From the NCBI GenBank assembly GCA_050012795.1, contig JBEKGM010000005.1, positions 21,574 to 85,573 on the forward strand: a stretch of DNA of 64,000 bases. The letters run 5' to 3'. Source of the stretch: Candidatus Bathyarchaeia archaeon (GTDB taxonomy: Archaea; Thermoproteota; Bathyarchaeia; 40CM-2-53-6). Shown piece by piece: positions 61,696-64,000 of this stretch. Position numbers and translations under genes: made by a program. Each line of letters starts with the position of its first letter. Position 1 is the stretch's first letter. The notes beneath the pieces were generated by a model. The model was not told the origin of the DNA. It was given only the letters and a program-made list of their open reading frames with translations, and ran no database searches.

Positions 61696-64000
61696 GTGCA
61701 AGTCACAAATTACGCGCTAACCATGGACTTGGATTTCCGGAAACTGAAGTTCACTGGCAGGGTCCGAATCCAGCTGCGATCAGGGCATGATGCTGTTTTG
61801 AACTCTGTCGGACTCGACATTCAGAGTATAGTTCTGAATGAGAAAGCGGTCGGCTTCAAACAGAACGGAGATGAACTGGTTATTCAAACAGGCCCCTTTG
61901 AAGGGATATTGGAAGTGGAGTATGCAGGGACCGTCCCGGATTCTTTGGTTGGAATCTACAGAGCCCCATACGACCATTCGCAGATTGTGACTACACATTT
62001 CGAGGCAGCGCAAGCGAGGCGGATGCTGCCCTGCGTTGATCGTCCAGACGCTAAGGCCGAGTTTAGGATCGCTGTCAAGATCGATAAGGAATTGACCGCC
62101 ATTTCAAACATGCCTATAGAATCAATAGTTCCAGATGGAGAAAAGAAACTTGTAATATTTCAGAAGACGCCGCGAATGTCAACCTATCTGCTGTACCTTG
62201 GAGTCGGCAAGTTCGAAGAGCGAACAGAGAAACTGGGCAAGACGGATGTTATAGTGGCGACCACACCTGGAAAAGTGAAGCTCTGCGCATTCGCTCAGGA
62301 TGAAGCAAAGAAGGCGATAGATTTCTTCGAGTCATACTATGCAATCCCGTACAAACTTCCGAAGATACATTTGATTGCCGTACCCGAGTTCGCGATGGGC
62401 GCGATGGAGAATTGGGGAGCAATCACCTTTCGCGAGTCAGCCTTACTCATCGACGCAAATAGCAGTACAAGGATGAGAAAACGCGTCGCCGAGATTGTGG
62501 ATCACGAGCTGGCTCACCAATGGTTCGGAAATCTCGTAACCATGAAGTGGTGGGATGACATTTGGCTCAACGAGAGCTTCGCCACATTCATGGCGTCTAA
62601 AGTGGTCGATTCGCTTCACCCAGATTGGAGAATCTGGGAAGATTTCATGAGAAACGAAACAGCAGGAGCCATGGAAAGAGACTGCTTGAAGAACACCCAC
62701 CCGATCCGAGTTCCAGTCAAATCGCCGGATGAAATCGAACAGATCTTTGATGAAATAAGCTACGGTAAAGGAGCGAGCATCCTCCGAATGATCGAAGCGT
62801 ACATTGGAGAAGACGCGTTTGAGAAAGGCGTCCGTCAATATCTCTCGAACCACGCCTACTCGAATGCTACTGGGAACGACCTCTGGAATGCGCTTGAAAC
62901 AACCTCAAACAAGAAAGTGCAGAAGATCATGAGCGGGTGGATCCAGCAACCAGGATACCCCATGTTGACAGTGGAGGAGAAGGAAGGGAAACTGACCCTG
63001 CATCAAGAGAGATTCCTCATCTCCGGTGTCCCAGAGGAAGGAGTCTGGCCCATGCCAATCACACTGGAGATCAACGGCCACTCTCAGAGCATCCTTATGG
63101 ATTCCTCCGATCAAACCCTGGACACAGGGACCCCTATCAAATCATTGAAAGTCAACCTTGATCGAACAGGTTTCTATTTGGTACGCTACGTTGGATCAGA
63201 AAGTTTACTGTGGAACAGCAGGCTTTCCGCCATCGATCAATGGGGGATAGTTTTTGACGCCTTTGCTTTCCTGCTGTCAGGGAAGATAGCCTTCCCAGAC
63301 TACGTGAACCTTCTCAAACGTTTCACAACAACAGCTGAGTACCTTCCAATTCACGAAATCTCTGACCAACTCTCGTTCTTAAATACGATCGCGCGGCCAA
63401 GAATATCCGACTTCTCAAGGACGTTTCATCGGTCTCAACTAGATTTGCTCCGCGAGAAGGCGGATGAGAATGCACTCGTACTACGGGAAGCAGTCGCGAA
63501 CAGACTGACATTAGTTGACGAAGCATACGCACGTGAATTGGCAACCAACTTCAAAGAGTATGATAGTGTGCCTCCGGACATGAAGCAAGCTGTCGCGCTA
63601 GCATACGCAAGGTCAACTGAAGACTATGATAGCCTAATCGCTGCGTATAGAAGGAGCAATTCTGATGAGGACAAACTCAGACTTCTGACTGCAATGACAG
63701 CGTTCACGCACGGGCAACTCGTCAATCAGACATTAGACTTCACGCTGACTACGGAAGTCAAGAGACAAGACACAAGGCTCATACTAGTAACTGCAACTGG
63801 AAATCCGGATGCGCGAGACAACACATGGAAATGGCTGCAGGAGAATATTGTAAAATTGGAAGAGAGGTATGAAGGCACAGGAATTCTCTCTGGAACATTC
63901 CTGTCTATCATCCCCATACTAGGGATAGGAAGAGTAGAAGAGATGAAGATGTTCTTCACTAACCACAAGATCCCCGATGCCGAAGTCGGTGTCAATGCTG
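61696..64000 (+). CDS. M1-family aminopeptidase (tricorn-interacting factor F3 / aminopeptidase N-like); runs off window edge
   Basis: My translation: ...NYALTMDLDFRKLKFTG...HFEAAQARRMLPCVDRPDAKAEF...GAMENWGAITFRE...HELAHQWFGNLVTMKWWDDIWLNESFATF. The start is GTG at 61696 or ATG at 61600. There is no stop before 64000. Confidence 0.9.
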   Translation, partial: MQVTNYALTMDLDFRKLKFTGRVRIQLRSGHDAVLNSVGLDIQSIVLNEKAVGFKQNGDELVIQTGPFEGILEVEYAGTVPDSLVGIYRAPYDHSQIVTTHFEAAQARRMLPCVDRPDAKAEFRIAVKIDKELTAISNMPIESIVPDGEKKLVIFQKTPRMSTYLLYLGVGKFEERTEKLGKTDVIVATTPGKVKLCAFAQDEAKKAIDFFESYYAIPYKLPKIHLIAVPEFAMGAMENWGAITFRESALLIDANSSTRMRKRVAEIVDHELAHQWFGNLVTMKWWDDIWLNESFATFMASKVVDSLHPDWRIWEDFMRNETAGAMERDCLKNTHPIRVPVKSPDEIEQIFDEISYGKGASILRMIEAYIGEDAFEKGVRQYLSNHAYSNATGNDLWNALETTSNKKVQKIMSGWIQQPGYPMLTVEEKEGKLTLHQERFLISGVPEEGVWPMPITLEINGHSQSILMDSSDQTLDTGTPIKSLKVNLDRTGFYLVRYVGSESLLWNSRLSAIDQWGIVFDAFAFLLSGKIAFPDYVNLLKRFTTTAEYLPIHEISDQLSFLNTIARPRISDFSRTFHRSQLDLLREKADENALVLREAVANRLTLVDEAYARELATNFKEYDSVPPDMKQAVALAYARSTEDYDSLIAAYRRSNSDEDKLRLLTAMTAFTHGQLVNQTLDFTLTTEVKRQDTRLILVTATGNPDARDNTWKWLQENIVKLEERYEGTGILSGTFLSIIPILGIGRVEEMKMFFTNHKIPDAEVGVNA

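Noticed and set aside
61780-63995. Minus-strand ORFs (61780-62013, 62443-62853, 62905-63114, 63323-63544, 63726-63995)
   Set aside because: All are antisense to the continuous M1 aminopeptidase frame, which carries GAMEN and HELAHQWFG...E.
1-64000. CRISPR arrays, rRNA or tRNA genes, transposases, integrases, prophage or defence islands
   Set aside because: By eye I found no regularly spaced direct repeats, no T-loop GGTTCRAATCC-type motifs in the intergenic gaps, and no recombinase- or transposase-like ORFs. A tRNAscan, Infernal or CRISPR-finder run would be needed to exclude them formally.

Overview
All calls come from reading the supplied translations, plus my own translation of a few regions. 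No searches were run, so family names rest on motif recognition.

The window looks like a gene-dense archaeal chromosomal segment, possibly TACK/Thaumarchaeota-like, though that placement is only an inference. Archaeal markers include Topo VI A/B, aIF-1A, aIF-2beta, Rio1, a TFS-like factor, RtcB, a PIN-ATPase-KH protein (PINA type), V/A-ATPase subunit I and a Tes-like radical SAM enzyme. I saw no rRNA, tRNA, CRISPR array, transposase or integrase.

Content by region:
- 1-5.4 kb: branched-chain amino acid genes (ilvN, ilvB, cimA) and fumC.
- 9.4-14.9 kb: a tight minus-strand operon (hypC, an unknown 258-aa protein, a ferritin-like protein, then a four-subunit 2-oxoacid:ferredoxin oxidoreductase). 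It is divergent from hypB-hypA and bracketed by two inverted AbrB-PhoU paralogs.
- 16-20.7 kb: ADP-forming acetyl-CoA synthetase alpha, a 4xCBS protein whose C-terminus looks like the bacterial HPF/RaiA ribosome-hibernation fold, and a lone ATPase subunit I.
- 24-31 kb: an informational cluster (top6A/B, KH protein, rio1, aIF-1A, DUF424, aIF-2beta, metG).
- 33.9-37 kb: a ribophorin-I-like N-glycosylated membrane protein plus a coiled-coil protein.
- 41-42.7 kb: hsp20, divergent from a protein made only of DnaJ-type zinc-finger repeats plus a TPR protein.
- 47.2-50.6 kb: a respiratory cluster (DOMON/EB_dh-like protein, Rieske protein, cytochrome b).
- 57.9-61.6 kb: a lipid-related cluster (UbiA prenyltransferase, a CxxC membrane protein, a Tes-like radical SAM enzyme).
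- 61.7-64 kb: an M1 aminopeptidase that runs off the window edge.

Main oddities:
- Two conserved enzymes (cimA, acdA) have essential N-terminal motifs upstream of any ATG/GTG/TTG.
- One phosphoesterase gene is interrupted by exactly two in-frame stop codons.
- One LLM oxidoreductase gene is frameshifted.
- Two small Cys-rich ORFs share a precise CxRCxxCxAxPYxxCxHC motif.
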